Shown: positions 14,788 through 39,759 of the stretch, piece by piece
Layout of the letters: each line of letters opens with the position of its first letter
Position numbering within the stretch: the first letter of the stretch is position 1
Source of the DNA: Balanoglossus misakiensis
Lineage: Eukaryota; Animalia; Hemichordata
Assembly: GCA_040954595.2 (NCBI GenBank)
Contig: CM082586.2
Span: forward strand, 5,194,509 to 5,258,508
Length of the DNA stretch: 64,000 bases
Reading direction: 5' to 3'
The notes under the pieces: model-generated
Databases searched by the model: none
The model's input: the letters and a program-made list of their open reading frames with translations, nothing else
Told to the model about the DNA's origin: nothing
Made by a program: the position numbers and the translations under genes

Positions 14788-15894
14788 ATGGAGGAATCTG
14801 AGGATATCGACCAAGAGTATTCTTCGAGTTTTGATTTCTATACATTTTATCAGTCGGCTTTGGAATTGGATACGCCACCAGCAGTGCAGGTGTTTCTAGG
14901 GGTTCTGTTTATGGTGTTAATTATCGGCGGGAACGTGTGGGTCATTATTGCTGTCGTCCGCCAACCCAAGCTGCGCAGGTCAGCCACGAATTTCTTCATC
15001 GTTTCACTGTCTGTGTCTGATCTCATCATAGCCGTCGTCTACATTCCCGTGCACGTGGCCGGCTTCGCCTACGGGTTTCCCCTCAGCGACAGGCCGGCGT
15101 GCAAGATCCTGTACTACTTTCACTGGGCGGCCATGTGCGGGACTACTTTTTCGCTCATCTGCATCGGGGTGGACCGGTTCCGCGCCATCGTGCAGCCACT
15201 GAAGCCGAAAATGACAGTCGCACACGCCGTCATGTGCTGTTCCCTCGTCTGGATAGTCTCCCTCGGCTACTCCACTTTCAAGCTTTTCACCAATGACGTC
15301 CTGGTGGCCAATTATACGTCGTTTGTGCAAGTCGGAAACGAGACAGTTTCTGACTTTGTTATATCAGCGTATTGCCACATAAAGGACTATGATTTAGATG
15401 TAATATTCCGGTATATAGACCTGATTGTCTTGTATCTCGTCCCCTTGGCTATTCTCTCTCTCCTCTATGCGTGTATGATACTTAAACTTTGGTTCGGCAA
15501 GTCGCCCCAGGGTTCTTCCGACCGAAGTAAGAAAAAGGCCGTCAAAATGCTAACCTTCGTCGTCATACAGTTCGCCGTAACATGGCTGCCAAACTACAGT
15601 CTGCAGCTGTACTTCGCCACCAATCGCAGGGTCCCTTACATATCGTTTCTGTGGTCCAACACTCCCGCCACCATGACGATATACTTTTCGCTCTGCAACA
15701 GCTGGATCAACCCGATCCTGTACGCCTACTTCAACGAGAACTTCCGGCGGGAATTCAAGAAACTGTTGCCGTGGTCGTGCAAATGTCGAAGTCAGAGGGT
15801 TTCCCCTGACCAAGGGACCGCTGTGTCAGTGCTGGGGCCTGGTCAGAACAGATATCCCCAGGGTGCGGGCACAACATTGACAAGCGAACAATGA
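14788..15894 (+). CDS. Class A (rhodopsin-like) GPCR, neuropeptide-receptor-like, intronless CDS
   Basis: Seven hydrophobic segments: GN in TM1, LSVSD in TM2, DRF after TM3, WLP in TM6, NPILY in TM7, then helix 8 (NENFRREF). ATG 14788 sits in a perfect Kozak context (GCCACCATGG) just after an acceptor-like ttttatgtcattacag ending 14768, so it is preferred over the ORF start at 14728. Confidence 0.93.
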   Translation: MEESEDIDQEYSSSFDFYTFYQSALELDTPPAVQVFLGVLFMVLIIGGNVWVIIAVVRQPKLRRSATNFFIVSLSVSDLIIAVVYIPVHVAGFAYGFPLSDRPACKILYYFHWAAMCGTTFSLICIGVDRFRAIVQPLKPKMTVAHAVMCCSLVWIVSLGYSTFKLFTNDVLVANYTSFVQVGNETVSDFVISAYCHIKDYDLDVIFRYIDLIVLYLVPLAILSLLYACMILKLWFGKSPQGSSDRSKKKAVKMLTFVVIQFAVTWLPNYSLQLYFATNRRVPYISFLWSNTPATMTIYFSLCNSWINPILYAYFNENFRREFKKLLPWSCKCRSQRVSPDQGTAVSVLGPGQNRYPQGAGTTLTSEQ

Positions 15895-16492
15895 TCCGAG
15901 TGGTACTAGTATTCCAGGTGTGGACACGGTGTGTGAACGAGTCATATCACGGTGTGATATTGCGAAACCATGTCCCAATTTAAGACCATGGATTTAATAA
16001 TAACATTTGTTGGACAATCCATTTTCTAAGGGCAAAAACGTGAATAAAGTTTAGTTTAAAATTACTTTTGACAGAAATGTATACAAAATTTCATGAAAAT
16101 GTTGGTCTTGACAATTGTGTTATACCATGGACGTAAAAATGGTTATACTCTATGGGAAAACGAGGTTATACTGTAGTGCGTATACGTCGACGTCCTCAAA
16201 GAGTGTACGCAACATATACCACTAGACCTCTAACGTAATGATGTCGATGACCTCGATAGTCTCGTTCTGACGACGGAGAATGGGTCATAGCATGAATTGC
16301 TGTAATGCAAACAGATATCATTGTTCTCTTAGTAAAGGGCCTGGTACAAAGGTTAAATAAACAGTCAACGAGTTCAAGCGACATTTTGTCCTCTCTTGCC
16401 CGACTGACAGAACACCACCAGCTCATGGACACGTTATTTTCACGAGGATAACTGTACAACTAGCGCAGAATTATCAGGCCTTTGTATACAAC

Positions 16493-19825
<3,333 letters not shown>

Positions 19826-20053
19826 CTCCAGCACAGTTTCTTGTGAAGCATTTTTCTTCTTCAAGGTTCTAGCGGACAAAGTCTTATTTTTAGTCGATGT
19901 GATAATTTCTCATTAAAAATTAACAATCAGCGTAATTTATCTCTCCGAAATCACCAAGGTTCTTAAACAGGCACCTCCAATTTACAGGCATACGCCCATA
20001 TATGGTGCTCTTTTTTCCGCGTGTGCCACCCACTGAAAATCTCTTGGCTAGAT

Positions 20054-20635
20054 CTCAATTTGCCATGGTAACTGTATCTAAATTTAAATGCAACTAGTTG
20101 AACACCATTATAACGTAATGACTTCGGTAGCCTCGGTCTGGGTGACGACTGAAAAGTGGTCAAAGGTAACAAAGTTAAACCATAGACTGTGGATAAACAG
20201 ACGACGAGTTCAAGTGACCTTTTTTCCAATCTTGCCCGACCTACAGAACACCACCAGCACATACTCGGCACGTTATTTCCGCGAGAATAACTGTACAACT
20301 CAAATTGCCATGGTAACTGTACATAACTTAACATTGGTGACCGTATACATTTAAATGCAGCAAGTTGAACGCCATGACTTCGGTAGCCTCGTTCTGGGTG
20401 ACGACTGAAAAGTGGGCAAAGGTTACAAAGTTGAGTGACGACTAAAAAGTGGGCAAAGGTTACCAAGTTGAGTGACGACTAAAAAGTGGGCAAAGGTAAC
20501 AAAGACAACCCATAGTCTGTGATTAAAAAGACGACGAGTTCAAGAAACCTTTCATTCCAATCTTGCCCCCGACTGACAGAACACCACCAGCACATACTAG
20601 GCACGTTATTACCACGAGAGGATAACTGTACAACT
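20054..20635 (+). promoter_or_regulatory. Duplicated CYP4-2 upstream block with a 37-bp triplet repeat carrying DR1-like elements
   Basis: Two related blocks start near 20054 and 20299, both homologous to the CYP4-1 upstream region. 37-bp units start at 20398, 20435 and 20472. DR1-like TGG(G/T)CA-A-AGGT(T/A)A sites at 20157, 20413, 20450 and 20487. The repeat is seen directly; regulatory function is inferred. Confidence 0.6.
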
Positions 20636-20666
20636 AGCGCAGAATTAACAGGCCTGTGTATACAAC

Positions 20667-24201
<3,535 letters not shown>

Positions 24202-24324
24202 TTAACTCATTATTCTTGCTCTCAGTCCGAATATAGGGACACTGATAATGCAAAAATTGTGATCAAGAAAAAATAGTAACGGCAAAATTGCAGGAGACAA
24301 ATGAAGGCATCATATATCAGAACT

Positions 24325-24397
24325 GGCCGCGTGGCCTAACGGATAAGGCGTCTGACTTCGAATCAGAAGATTGTGGGTTCGAGTCCCATCGCGGTCG
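24325..24397 (+). tRNA. tRNA-Arg(TCG), intronless
   Basis: GGCCGCGTGGCCTAACGGATAAGGCGTCTGACTTCGAATCAGAAGATTGTGGGTTCGAGTCCCATCGCGGTCG, 73 nt, full cloverleaf. T7 Pol III terminator at 24401-24407. Confidence 0.97.
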
Positions 24398-25432
24398 TGA
24401 TTTTTTTGTACCAGCTGCAGGTTGTTGAATTATGACCGGGGAATTGAACTTGAGCACGAAACACTCAATGGCAAACTTTTATGTCATTTTACTTAGCATG
24501 TTGATCATATTCTGATATACGTCTTTCATTGAGAAGACGATGTTGAGACGCAGAAGTTTATAAATTTGGAGTTAACACCAGTTTATTTTTTAGAACATGA
24601 CAATACATGTATATCATTTGAAATTCAACTGAAACTGACGCGTCCACTGACCGTTCCGTTCTTGGAGGAAAACAAAACGCCAATTCAAGTTCTTGAATAT
24701 GGTCAACATTTGGTCTGATTTCTGGCAATAGCCCCTAGTCTGATAACCCCAATCTCACCCCACCCACCTCAATGAGCGAAGCACAAAGGAAAGAGAACCC
24801 ACTATTGATCTGTTTGGTTGGACCATTGTTTACTGGAACTGGTTATTACACCATCGACTGATTTTATGCACAAGCCACATGGATTCACAATTGGCCAATG
24901 AAGGATGACACTGCGGCGTTATCCAGTTTAATATGACCGCTAAAATAGATTTTCTTATAGAAATCAAAACACCTTCTTCGTGGTGTGACGTGGTTGCGTT
25001 TTTGTTTTGGCAGTGTATTGGCTGATATAATACGCCCTCAGACGATGGATCGTCCATTTGAAGTTGACCTCTGTATGGTCAATCGATTCGCGCTCGATGA
25101 CTACTTGCGTAACCAGGGCAATCGAATTCTCAGCGCAGACGCCATGGTATAGTGCACCGGCTGGAAGTACACATTTACTGTCTTAATCTATTGTCACAGA
25201 CGTCAGCTCATCCCGGGTAGACTGATAAGATACATACAGAGGGGCATAGGTCGACCTGGCTATATCTGCACCTGACACCAATACAATAGCACTGGCTTAG
25301 GTGAACTTTGTCACACGGTCATTCCTATGACAGTGTCGCTCACATACTAGTAGCTTCTATAAGGACGAACATCACAATAAATACGCTTTATTTTGTTGAC
25401 CTGGGAGGCAAAATCGCCTGTGAAGCGTACGC

Positions 25433-30801
<5,369 letters not shown>

Positions 30802-30968
30802 CTTCCGGATGCGGCCATGTCCAAGTTTGGAAGCAGTCCAGCCGGGCAGGCGATCAAGTTCAACCTGAATGACGACGAGAATTTCTACGCACCTTTTATA
30901 AAATTTCGCCGACTTAAACAAACTCCAAAACGCATGAGTCTCTGGTCTTTGAAATAGCAAATCATGTT

Positions 30969-33900
30969 TTACTTCAGCCGCCATTTTGTGTCTTCTTCTT
31001 CTTCACCAACTTTCTCTGTAGAACGACAGAAAAATCACACTCAGCAAATGTGAAACCTCGAATATAAACGATTGATGACATGATTGGAGAGGTCGAATAT
31101 AAGAGAGAATGTGTTACATCTTTCTTACAGATATTGAGCAAACAATTGTCGAATGTCCCCCCCCCCCCCACAAAAAAAAAGAAATTATCAATTCATTACC
31201 AACGCACCTACTCTGTCTTCCTTTTCCAACTTAGAGAGGTGATGTTTCACATTGTTAGCTGCACCAAGGTGTAGATGTTCAGGGGTATCCTGGAGGGTTA
31301 AATGATATGTTAATTTAGCTGCAGCTGCAAGTGATATTGTAATTTGTATACACATGGTTGTGAATTACAGCGCCCTCGTTGTTTTGTGCGTAAATAAAGT
31401 ATACTACATGTAAGAGTTCACGTGTCATGGGCTGTGTTGACGAGAATTTGGGAATATTTAACGGAAAGCGTTAAGATAGGAATCACATTCGGAACTAGGG
31501 TGTTAAAACGACACAGTGTTTCCCAAAACTATGAACCTGTGATCAACACTGAATTAAAGGGGAAATCCGTCGTAGCTGATTTCTACATAATTTGGTAGCT
31601 TTGATGTCACTCTTTCAGAAAAAAACATATTCGCCATGTATAGGTCGCGCGATTTTTTACAAAATCTAGAGAAAGTTCCAATATGGCGTTTACTGTAATT
31701 TGAATCATGGGAAAAAAAGCGCCAGGACCAACTTCCGCCCACCTTAGTGTGGGTGATACCATTTTCCGATTGGTGTCACTGCGTCACAAGCTAAGCGTAT
31801 TTGCATATTTTCGATGGGTTATAGCTCATGAAAACTGTCAATAGATGACAAATTTTCGACTTTGCTGATGATTGTTTATCAACTGATGCAAAGAACAAAC
31901 AATAGCTATGAAAATACGCCTAGTCTGTCGCCCAGTGACACCTATCGGAGAATGGTATCACCCACACCATGGTGGGCGGAAGTTGGTCCTGGCGCTTTTT
32001 TTCCCATGATTCAAATTACAGTAAACGCCATATTGGAAATTCTGCCAACTTTCCCTAGATTTTGTAAAAAATCGCGCGACCTATACATGGCGAATATGTT
32101 TTTTTCTGAAAGAGTAACATCAAAGCTACCAAATTATGTAGAAATCAGCTACAACGGATTTCCCCTTTAAGGTGGTTCTACCCTGACTGATGTGTTACAA
32201 TGTCAACCTAACGTACAATATGAAAAATATACTGGGTATGGTAAACATAACGGAGAATGGTTATATCTATATAAAAAGAATCGATTTGGAAACTGTAAAG
32301 ACGTTTACCGTGTAGATGAATTTCACCAATTCCATGGCAGTCAGTGCCGTTTCTTTATTCTTCTCCAATGTTTCCATAATCTGCCTCTCTCTCATGTTTC
32401 TGTGTTCGATGTAATATTTCAACTTTGGCACGGCGTTGTCAACCACAGGCCCGTGTCCCGGGTACAGCACATTCGGGTTCAGGTCAACAATCTTCTGCAG
32501 GGACTTCATGTATGTGTACAAATCTTCAAACACCTGTAAAGAAAATAAGCATTTGTGTTTGTGCTATTCCGTGGAATGTGAGATTCAGTGAAAAAAAGGG
32601 AAACTTAAAAATGACTGCACATTTGATAATTTATCAGTATCGTAACTATATTGTGATAATATAATGTCTTGTATTTTATTCTCGACTTACACACGTTCCT
32701 TCTCCGAGAACACAGTCTCCAGTGAAGATGAAATTATCCTCCTCAAGAATCAAAACCATGTGGTCATCTGTGTGTCCCGGTGTGTGTACAACTCTGTATA
32801 GGAAAAAATCAATTAGTTGAGTAGGATGAATGCTATTTGGAAAATAAAATGGCTGTAACATTTGAAAACCTTCGTCAGTATACTAGTATAAGTATATGTT
32901 CCACACGTAAAACCAAATTGCATACTTCAGATATGCGAGAGTCTTTGAGTGTTGAGCGATTCATGGTTCTTACAAATGTAAAAAAAAACTCGCTATGGAA
33001 ACAAAACTATACGTACTTCAGTGTAGCACCCTCGGTCTTAATCACATCACCGTCACTGAGATACGTATATTTTATGGCATCGGAGCCTATAACATCTTCC
33101 TTTATCTTGGGAATTCTTGGTAATTTTGAAATTCTTGGGACGCTATCTTTGACGCCAAATTAACGTAGAGATTAGATATACGACAATGTGCAATAAATGA
33201 AGGTTTGAGCTTATAGGGGAATATATATGGAGTGATAGAACGTTGCTTTCTATTGACAGATCAGTAACCGCACAGTTTGAAGAGTAACTTTTCAATTGCA
33301 AGAGGAATGTTCCCCGAGTGAGACATGTCAATATGAGTAATCGGTGGTCGGATGACGGCTAGTACATTTGCTGTACAAATACATTATTTGATATCACTAA
33401 AACTTTGAAACTAAAATCATAAAAGTAATGTCGAAAGATTACCAATCAATTGTGGCAGACCTACCACTCTGTACTTGTTCGCAGATTCCAGCGATTCCGC
33501 CCACGTGATCAGTGTGCCAATGTGTGCACAATATTTCCTGTATCTCAATGTTGCGCTCATTCAAGGTCGCCCTCAACGTGGACAGGTATTCCGGAACATT
33601 GGGTTCGCCAGTGTCTATCAGGATTCGCCTACACAGACACGAAAAATAATCCCTTCTGAATTTCAAATTTTAGTAATCGTGAAAATCTTCCACTCTGGTG
33701 TACACAGAAATCAAAACAGCAGTACACTGAATTGTTCGTTCCGGAATATACAAAGAAACCTGCATGAATTGAAATGTAATATCTTTTGTCTGCGAAGAAA
33801 GGCATACGTTAACAATTTGTTTATAAAATGATACAGGTACCGTGTAAAATGTATGATTATTTGTACCTGAGCATAGTTACTGAGTAAAAATATGGCGGTA

Positions 33901-34480
33901 GCAAGTCGGCCATGAAAAAAACACGGACTAATAGTAATAGAATCTCACACCCTCCTCATCATGATAGTAGGGAATATTTTGTCTTGCACAAGCCACAAGT
34001 GGGTGAGAGACAAAATATCACAAACGCTTTTGCCGGCTCGTTGAGTGAGGGGAGGGGGCAGCGTTTACTTTTCGAGAATCCTCATGTCCCCCTCCCCAAG
34101 ATTCTCCCATGGCCCATCCCTAATGTAGAGTGTTTCGCTCATTTCAGACTTATGACCAATTCCAGAGCACTCTGCGAAATGGTATCTGCTTGTAAGCAAT
34201 GCATACATGTTTTGAGTGGGTCAGCAGCTATGCCCTCAATTTTGTGTTGCTGGTACAAATACCTGTAGGCCTACGAATGCATTGCCAGTCCAGGAGCCGA
34301 TGGTGCCAAGCATGACCGACAGAAAAATATCCGGGTTCAACTCACGGATCTCACGTACCTCTTCCCGGTGCCAACCAAGTAGGTATTGGTGCCCTGAAGG
34401 GTATAAGGACCGGGATTGAATCCGAGAACGCGAATAACCCTCGGGGAAAGTTGTTCAACGTCCGGCAATACAGTAGTCAT
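30969..34480 (-). CDS. LACTB2: Endoribonuclease LACTB2 (metallo-beta-lactamase fold), 7 exons
   Basis: Exons 34480-34359, 33628-33465, 33146-33017, 32793-32691, 32533-32309, 31289-31208, 31015-30969. N-terminus [39 protein letters not shown]. Motifs ILIDTG, THWHTDH (HxHxDH), [22 protein letters not shown]. Ends ...DTKWRLK*. Confidence 0.95.
31558..32166. mobile_element. Foldback MITE with TTAA target-site duplication (Kolobok-like termini) in LACTB2 intron 5
   Basis: Near-perfect ~250-bp inverted arms (~31558-31808 and ~31905-32166) starting AGGGGAAATCCG. TTAA at 31554-31557 and 32167-32170. Purine-purine termini fit Kolobok better than the CC termini of piggyBac. Confidence 0.85.
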
Positions 34481-34860
34481 CGTGAATATGTGTACCCTGC
34501 TTTGTCGCGGCGATATGGCTGAATGAACTCGTCATGCATATCCAGGACACTCGTGATCAGCTGACTGCGATTGGGCGACACTATTCACTGAGAGGGGATG
34601 CAAGTGCTTTTGTGTTTTGACGCCAAAGCAGACGGTGTCACTTTTCTGCCCCCCCCCCCCCCCCCCGACCAGCTTTAGGTCGTTGAGAGACTAGGGGCGC
34701 TTGCGTGTTTAGGTTTATAACGGCCCCTGAACCTGTTTACATGCTGAATGATCAAGGGCATTTGGACTGGTAGCCGATTCCATCTTGCTGTATCAGCTGG
34801 CCTGGTTGTCCCTGGTTGCACGTATAGTCGTTGTTATACTAGTCTGTCCCCTTAAGTGTC
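34481..34860. promoter_or_regulatory. Probable bidirectional promoter between LACTB2 and the flavoprotein gene
   Basis: Only 380 bp separate the divergent ATGs at 34480 (-) and 34861 (+). Contains ATTGG (reverse CCAAT) near 34570 and a poly-C tract at ~34649-34666. Confidence 0.6.
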
Positions 34861-37167
34861 ATGTCAAGTCATAGCTACGACATATGTATTGTAGGAGCTG
34901 GTCTGATTGGCTCGGCCGCTGCAAGGCATGCGACGCTCATTTCACCGGAATCCAGGGTCATTCTCGTCGGCCCTAAAGAGCCCAAGGTTAGTGGGTTCCC
35001 AATTTGTCTGCCCTCCCTGTGGCTAGATTATATAGTCACTTTAATGTTATCTCCTTGCCTCCATGTTACAATCGAACAAGACGATGGGCGTTCCATAGAT
35101 CTAAACATCGGGTGCTCTTTAACAGGTAAAACACGGCGTGTAAACTATGGATCTGTGGTAAACGCATGACTTCCAGGTCAAGGACTCTTTACCTTTCACT
35201 ATTAAATCGCCAATCGCATTAAGGTGACAATCTCCCTGCAGCTCAAACGAGACCCCCTAGTCGTTCTATGTGAATATGTGTTCGTATTTATTATTATTCT
35301 AGGATCGCCGTGAGTGCCAGCATGGACTGTTCGGAGCCCATTATGACGAAGCTCGGATAACAAGGATGATTAATCCTAATCTGACCTGGATTGACCTTGC
35401 CAAGAGATCAATTGCAAGATATAAGGAAATAGAGACAAAATCGGGTAACTTATTTTGTTCCGTGAATGAAAATTTCGACACGTAATGTCTTTGGTGAAAA
35501 GAGTTATACGATATGTAGACCACGGTATTTTCTCTTTATCCATCGAAAGGCATGGTAGTAAACGTGGCACTCTACACAAATGTAATGTGCATCACACATT
35601 TTGGGGACTTGTATTTTTAAGCAAGTATAGGCCTATTCACGTTTCATTGTCATCTTGCAGGTATTAAGTTTTACTCCGAGGTCGGCGTGTTAACGGTCGT
35701 ATCAAAGGACGGTGAAGTGGCGAAGATTTCAAAGGAGAATGCGAACGATATGAAAATCAACTACGAGATCCTGGAGAAGGACGGGGTTGCCGAGGCATTC
35801 CCATGTCTGTCGATCGACGCCGACAGAGAAGGCATTCTGGAGAGGAGAGAAGCCGGCCTCGTCAATCCGAGGGCGCAGCTGACCGCTCAACAGACGCTGG
35901 CGCGACAGCACGGCTGCAGCATCTTTGAGGACGTCGTGGACCGGGTCCTCGAAGTGACAGAGAATGATGGTTCTAAACGCATGCAGGTCACCACAGCGAG
36001 TGGTCGCGTCATCCTCTCCAGAAAGGTCCTTCTCGCCACCGGCTCGTTCACCGAGTTCAGAGACTTGCTGCCTGCCGGGAAAACACTTGACACCACGCTG
36101 TTCCCGCTTGCCGCCACGTTCGCTGAAATCCAGGAAGAAGATGCAGAAAGACTGAAGGGCATGCCAGCTCTTGTTTTTTACACAGACGATGACATGCTTG
36201 GTATCTTACCGCCTGTGAAGTACCCGGATGGTATGTTTATCTGTAGATTGTAATGACATTACCAGGTATATAATTTTTGTGCACTGAGAACAAGCAAATT
36301 TTCATAAAATATGAAAATTAGTATCGTCTGAATTAGTGACTCCCCAGACATTCAGTATATCATGCTTGTTGGATGACCAATTGCAATTGGCATCGTATGA
36401 TGAATTGAGATAGGGTGACTGTATAAGGTCTCAGGAATTTTAATACTTCTCCTTTTTAAAGGCAAATATTATTTAAAAGTTACAAGTGCCTGTGGGGATC
36501 TGACTGAGCTCAAGACAGCTTCAGAAGTCGCAGAATGGTACAAATCAAGGGGCGACACGCACAAATATCAGTACCTCGTCGATATATTGTTTCGTCTCGT
36601 TAGAGGTAAGAATTGTGATACACACCGATGTTGAGTTACATTATACGTCTCCTAATGGCCACATATATATTCGACTGTCTGCCGATGTTACTCCACTAAT
36701 AATTTGCACGACAGCATTACCATACAACCGACATTGATTTGCAGGCGTGGACTGTCAGATGTTGAACGAAAGAAGTATAAGTTTGGCAATCAAACAATTT
36801 TGGATGTTTGGTGAACAGTTATGTGCAGAAAGTATTGTTGACTGTCCGTGACACAGGATATGTGCGCTCAAAATGATGCCCCCTATCTTACCGCTGCTGA
36901 GTGTGTTAACTTTAATTTATGATTCATGTAGGTGTAACACCGCTATCTACCCATACTGATGGCTGCGTCATTACACAGACACCGACCGGTCAGCTGTACT
37001 GCGACATGATCACGCCAACGCTCGGGATCACCGTCGGAGGAAACGGCTATGCGGCCAAGTCGGCTGACGAGATCGGTAGAATGGGGGCAAGGATGATCAT
37101 AGCTGGCAAGTGGGACCATGATCTGCCACAGGAAAAATTCAAAGCGAGATTTAAAAGGAATGACTGA
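34861..37167 (+). CDS. FAD-dependent oxidoreductase, DAO/monomeric sarcosine oxidase-like (5 exons)
   Basis: Exons 34861-34986, 35303-35444, 35661-36230, 36462-36605, 36932-37167, in phase. Rossmann motif YDICIVGAGLIGSAAA, then GAHYDEARITR, AGLVNPR, LLATGSF, GCVITQTPTG and GGNGYAAKSADEIG. Confidence 0.88.
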
Positions 37168-37848
37168 GGTAGATGGCCAATCGAATAGGGATATTTGTTC
37201 CGTGCTGACAATTTAAGGCATACATATTTAGCTTATTGACATACCTAGACTTTATCTCAGGACTTCGATGATTGTCTACTCACTCTCTACATTCGATGGC
37301 CTCAAAACGATATAATAACAACACAGTTTCGACAGACAATATACAATTCGACAGTAAAACAACTTTGATATCGAACGTTCTTAGAGAAGTTTAAAACAAC
37401 GGCAGAAGCACATGAACCCCCCCCCCTCGTTTGCAATACTCAACGCACGGTGTCTGTATTTGTACACATAGCTAGTCTGGCAAAATACCCCATAATCTTT
37501 AATCGACCAACCTTAATAAACCGCCGCGCTAAACTGCTGCTTTTAGAAGGGCTTGGAAATAATGCAAACTCTTGCGTATTTCAGAGGTCTTCATATATTC
37601 ACGAAGGTGTTTGTTTTATCTGGGTGGTTCCTGGTGATTTTTCGGTTGGCCCCAGTGAAAGATAAAAACACACACTTCTACTCATTTAAAATCCTTGCAG
37701 TCTGTCTTTCTTTCTATGGGTTTTCGGCTCCTAGTATTTTGAAAATTTCAAAAACCCCTTGTGACAGATGCCACGGTAAAGTTAAAATGCCCATTGTAAA
37801 TGTTTGGAAAAGCCTACAATTGTACAATGTAGGTGATATTTCTGCAGC

Positions 37849-39694
37849 CTACACTTTGTCATCGTCCGTCATGGCGGTGTTCTCGTACGCATGCTCATCA
37901 ACCACCATTTCAATGGCATCTGGGCATTGTGATTTTAGCTGGTCGACGTCATCGTCTTTGTCATCGGCAGGTTCGGATTGCCGACAACATTTGCAGTGTT
38001 TCTCGCAGCACTTGCATTTGTTTTTACAACTGAAGAAAAGGCGGTCGTAGGGTTCCAGGGACCGCATGGGCTCGGGCAAGAAGTCCCACGTCCTCATCTT
38101 TTTGGGCAGTGCCTTGGCGCAGTACTTTTGCATGAGGTTGACGACGATGACGACCAATACCAGGACGAGAATCGGAACGCCGAAGCCCACCAGATACTGC
38201 CAGCCGGCCAGCGAGAGGCCGAAGATAACCAGGGGCAGGCACAGGAACATGAGGATGAGGTAGACGATGGCAAACCACCGGTAGCGCGCCGTCGTGTTGC
38301 CGAGGAACTTGGCGGCCGCGATGGGCGGTCTGCGCATGAACGGCAGCGGGTACCACAGCAGGATGCCGGAGATGTTGAAGAACAGGTGGCAGAGCGAGAT
38401 CTGCACGCCCTCGATGAAGTTCGCCGAGCCGGAGCTGGCGAAGGCGGCGATGAAGCTGGTCAGCGTGGTGCCGATGTTGGCGCCCAGCGTCAGCGGGTAC
38501 ATGCGCTTCAGCGAGAGGAAGCCCAGTCCCACCAGAGGGGTGATGGTGGACGTGAACACGGAGCTGCTCTGCACCATCATCGTCAGCAGCGCCCCGACGA
38601 CTATCGCCACATAGCCCGTGAAGTACGAGCAGTAGCCCGGAAAGTCGGCGTTGATCCACTTCATCAGGGCGTGGGCGACGGAACCTTTGAGGATCGATTG
38701 CAAGACTTTGACGAGACCAATCAGCGCAATTATCAACAAGACGAGGGTACACAAGAGCAAGATCGACCCGAGAACCGCGTCGCTGAGGTCATCTGTCCAC
38801 TCTTGGGAAAATAGGCAGTTGCCTGTGAATACAAACAAGAGGAGTTGTGTTGGAGTAAACTGAACTTTACCCAGATGGTCACTTTCTTTGATATGTAAAT
38901 GATAGTCTCATTATGCATGTATGTGTTATGTAAGCTGGGTGGGGGTTTTCCGTTCTTGTGGATGTTCAACGAATGAAATGTATTTGTTTGTTTCTGATAT
39001 AACAACTGTATAATAATACTTGAGTCGACGATACTCACATCTTTCGTAGTTGATGGTGTAATTGTACACATCTTCGTTGACAGTGACGTTTGTACCGTTG
39101 ACCTCCCGAATGACCTCGTCCTGATAGTACACATCTGAGCTGTTGCACCATCTCTGAATCACGCTCTCCTCCCCTGGTTCCGTAACACCCAGCGCGATGT
39201 CCCTCACCACGTTTTTGTCGATCTGGCGAACCGGAACCGGAAACGCGCCATCGTTATTCAAATCATATCATGCTAATGTAATCAGGTCACCTGCTGAACG
39301 CCTATTGGCCATTCAATGAGTTCAGATTCATGGTTGCTGAGTGAGGGCGTTAGACTTATGGAAAGGGTGTATATGAATTCTTGCTTTTCAGTCGTCACTA
39401 TCGGAGCTGTTGAAAACCTTGGCTGTTGCAAGTTGTAGCATGTATTACTGTCTGCACAGTTGAATCACGCTTTGCGGGCTCACCTTTATGACGTATTTCA
39501 CTATTGGCTCGGTGAATGAGAAATCGAATCCATCCCAGGATCCACCGTCTAGGTCATCGCCTATGATGGCTTCCGTCAAGATATACAAATAGCCTGAAAG
39601 AACATTTTGGGGGAAAGTCACATCGCTGAAGTGCAGCTATTTTCAGTGTGTACATCATCATCATCATCATCATCACCATCACCATCACCATCAC

Positions 39695-39759
<65 letters not shown>

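Noticed and set aside
30860-30915. ATGA-containing hairpin after the CYP4-3 stop, considered as a SECIS element
   Set aside because: It lacks correctly spaced apical AA and GA quartet, and no gene model here needs an in-frame TGA.
31554-32170. Mirror-image ORFs sharing [16 protein letters not shown]
   Set aside because: A by-product of the MITE's inverted arms.
37978-38814. Long antisense and alternative-frame ORFs (278 aa, 242 aa) over the SLC34-A last exon, and similar ones over the GPCR
   Set aside because: Shadow ORFs caused by high GC at third codon positions; no recognisable motifs.
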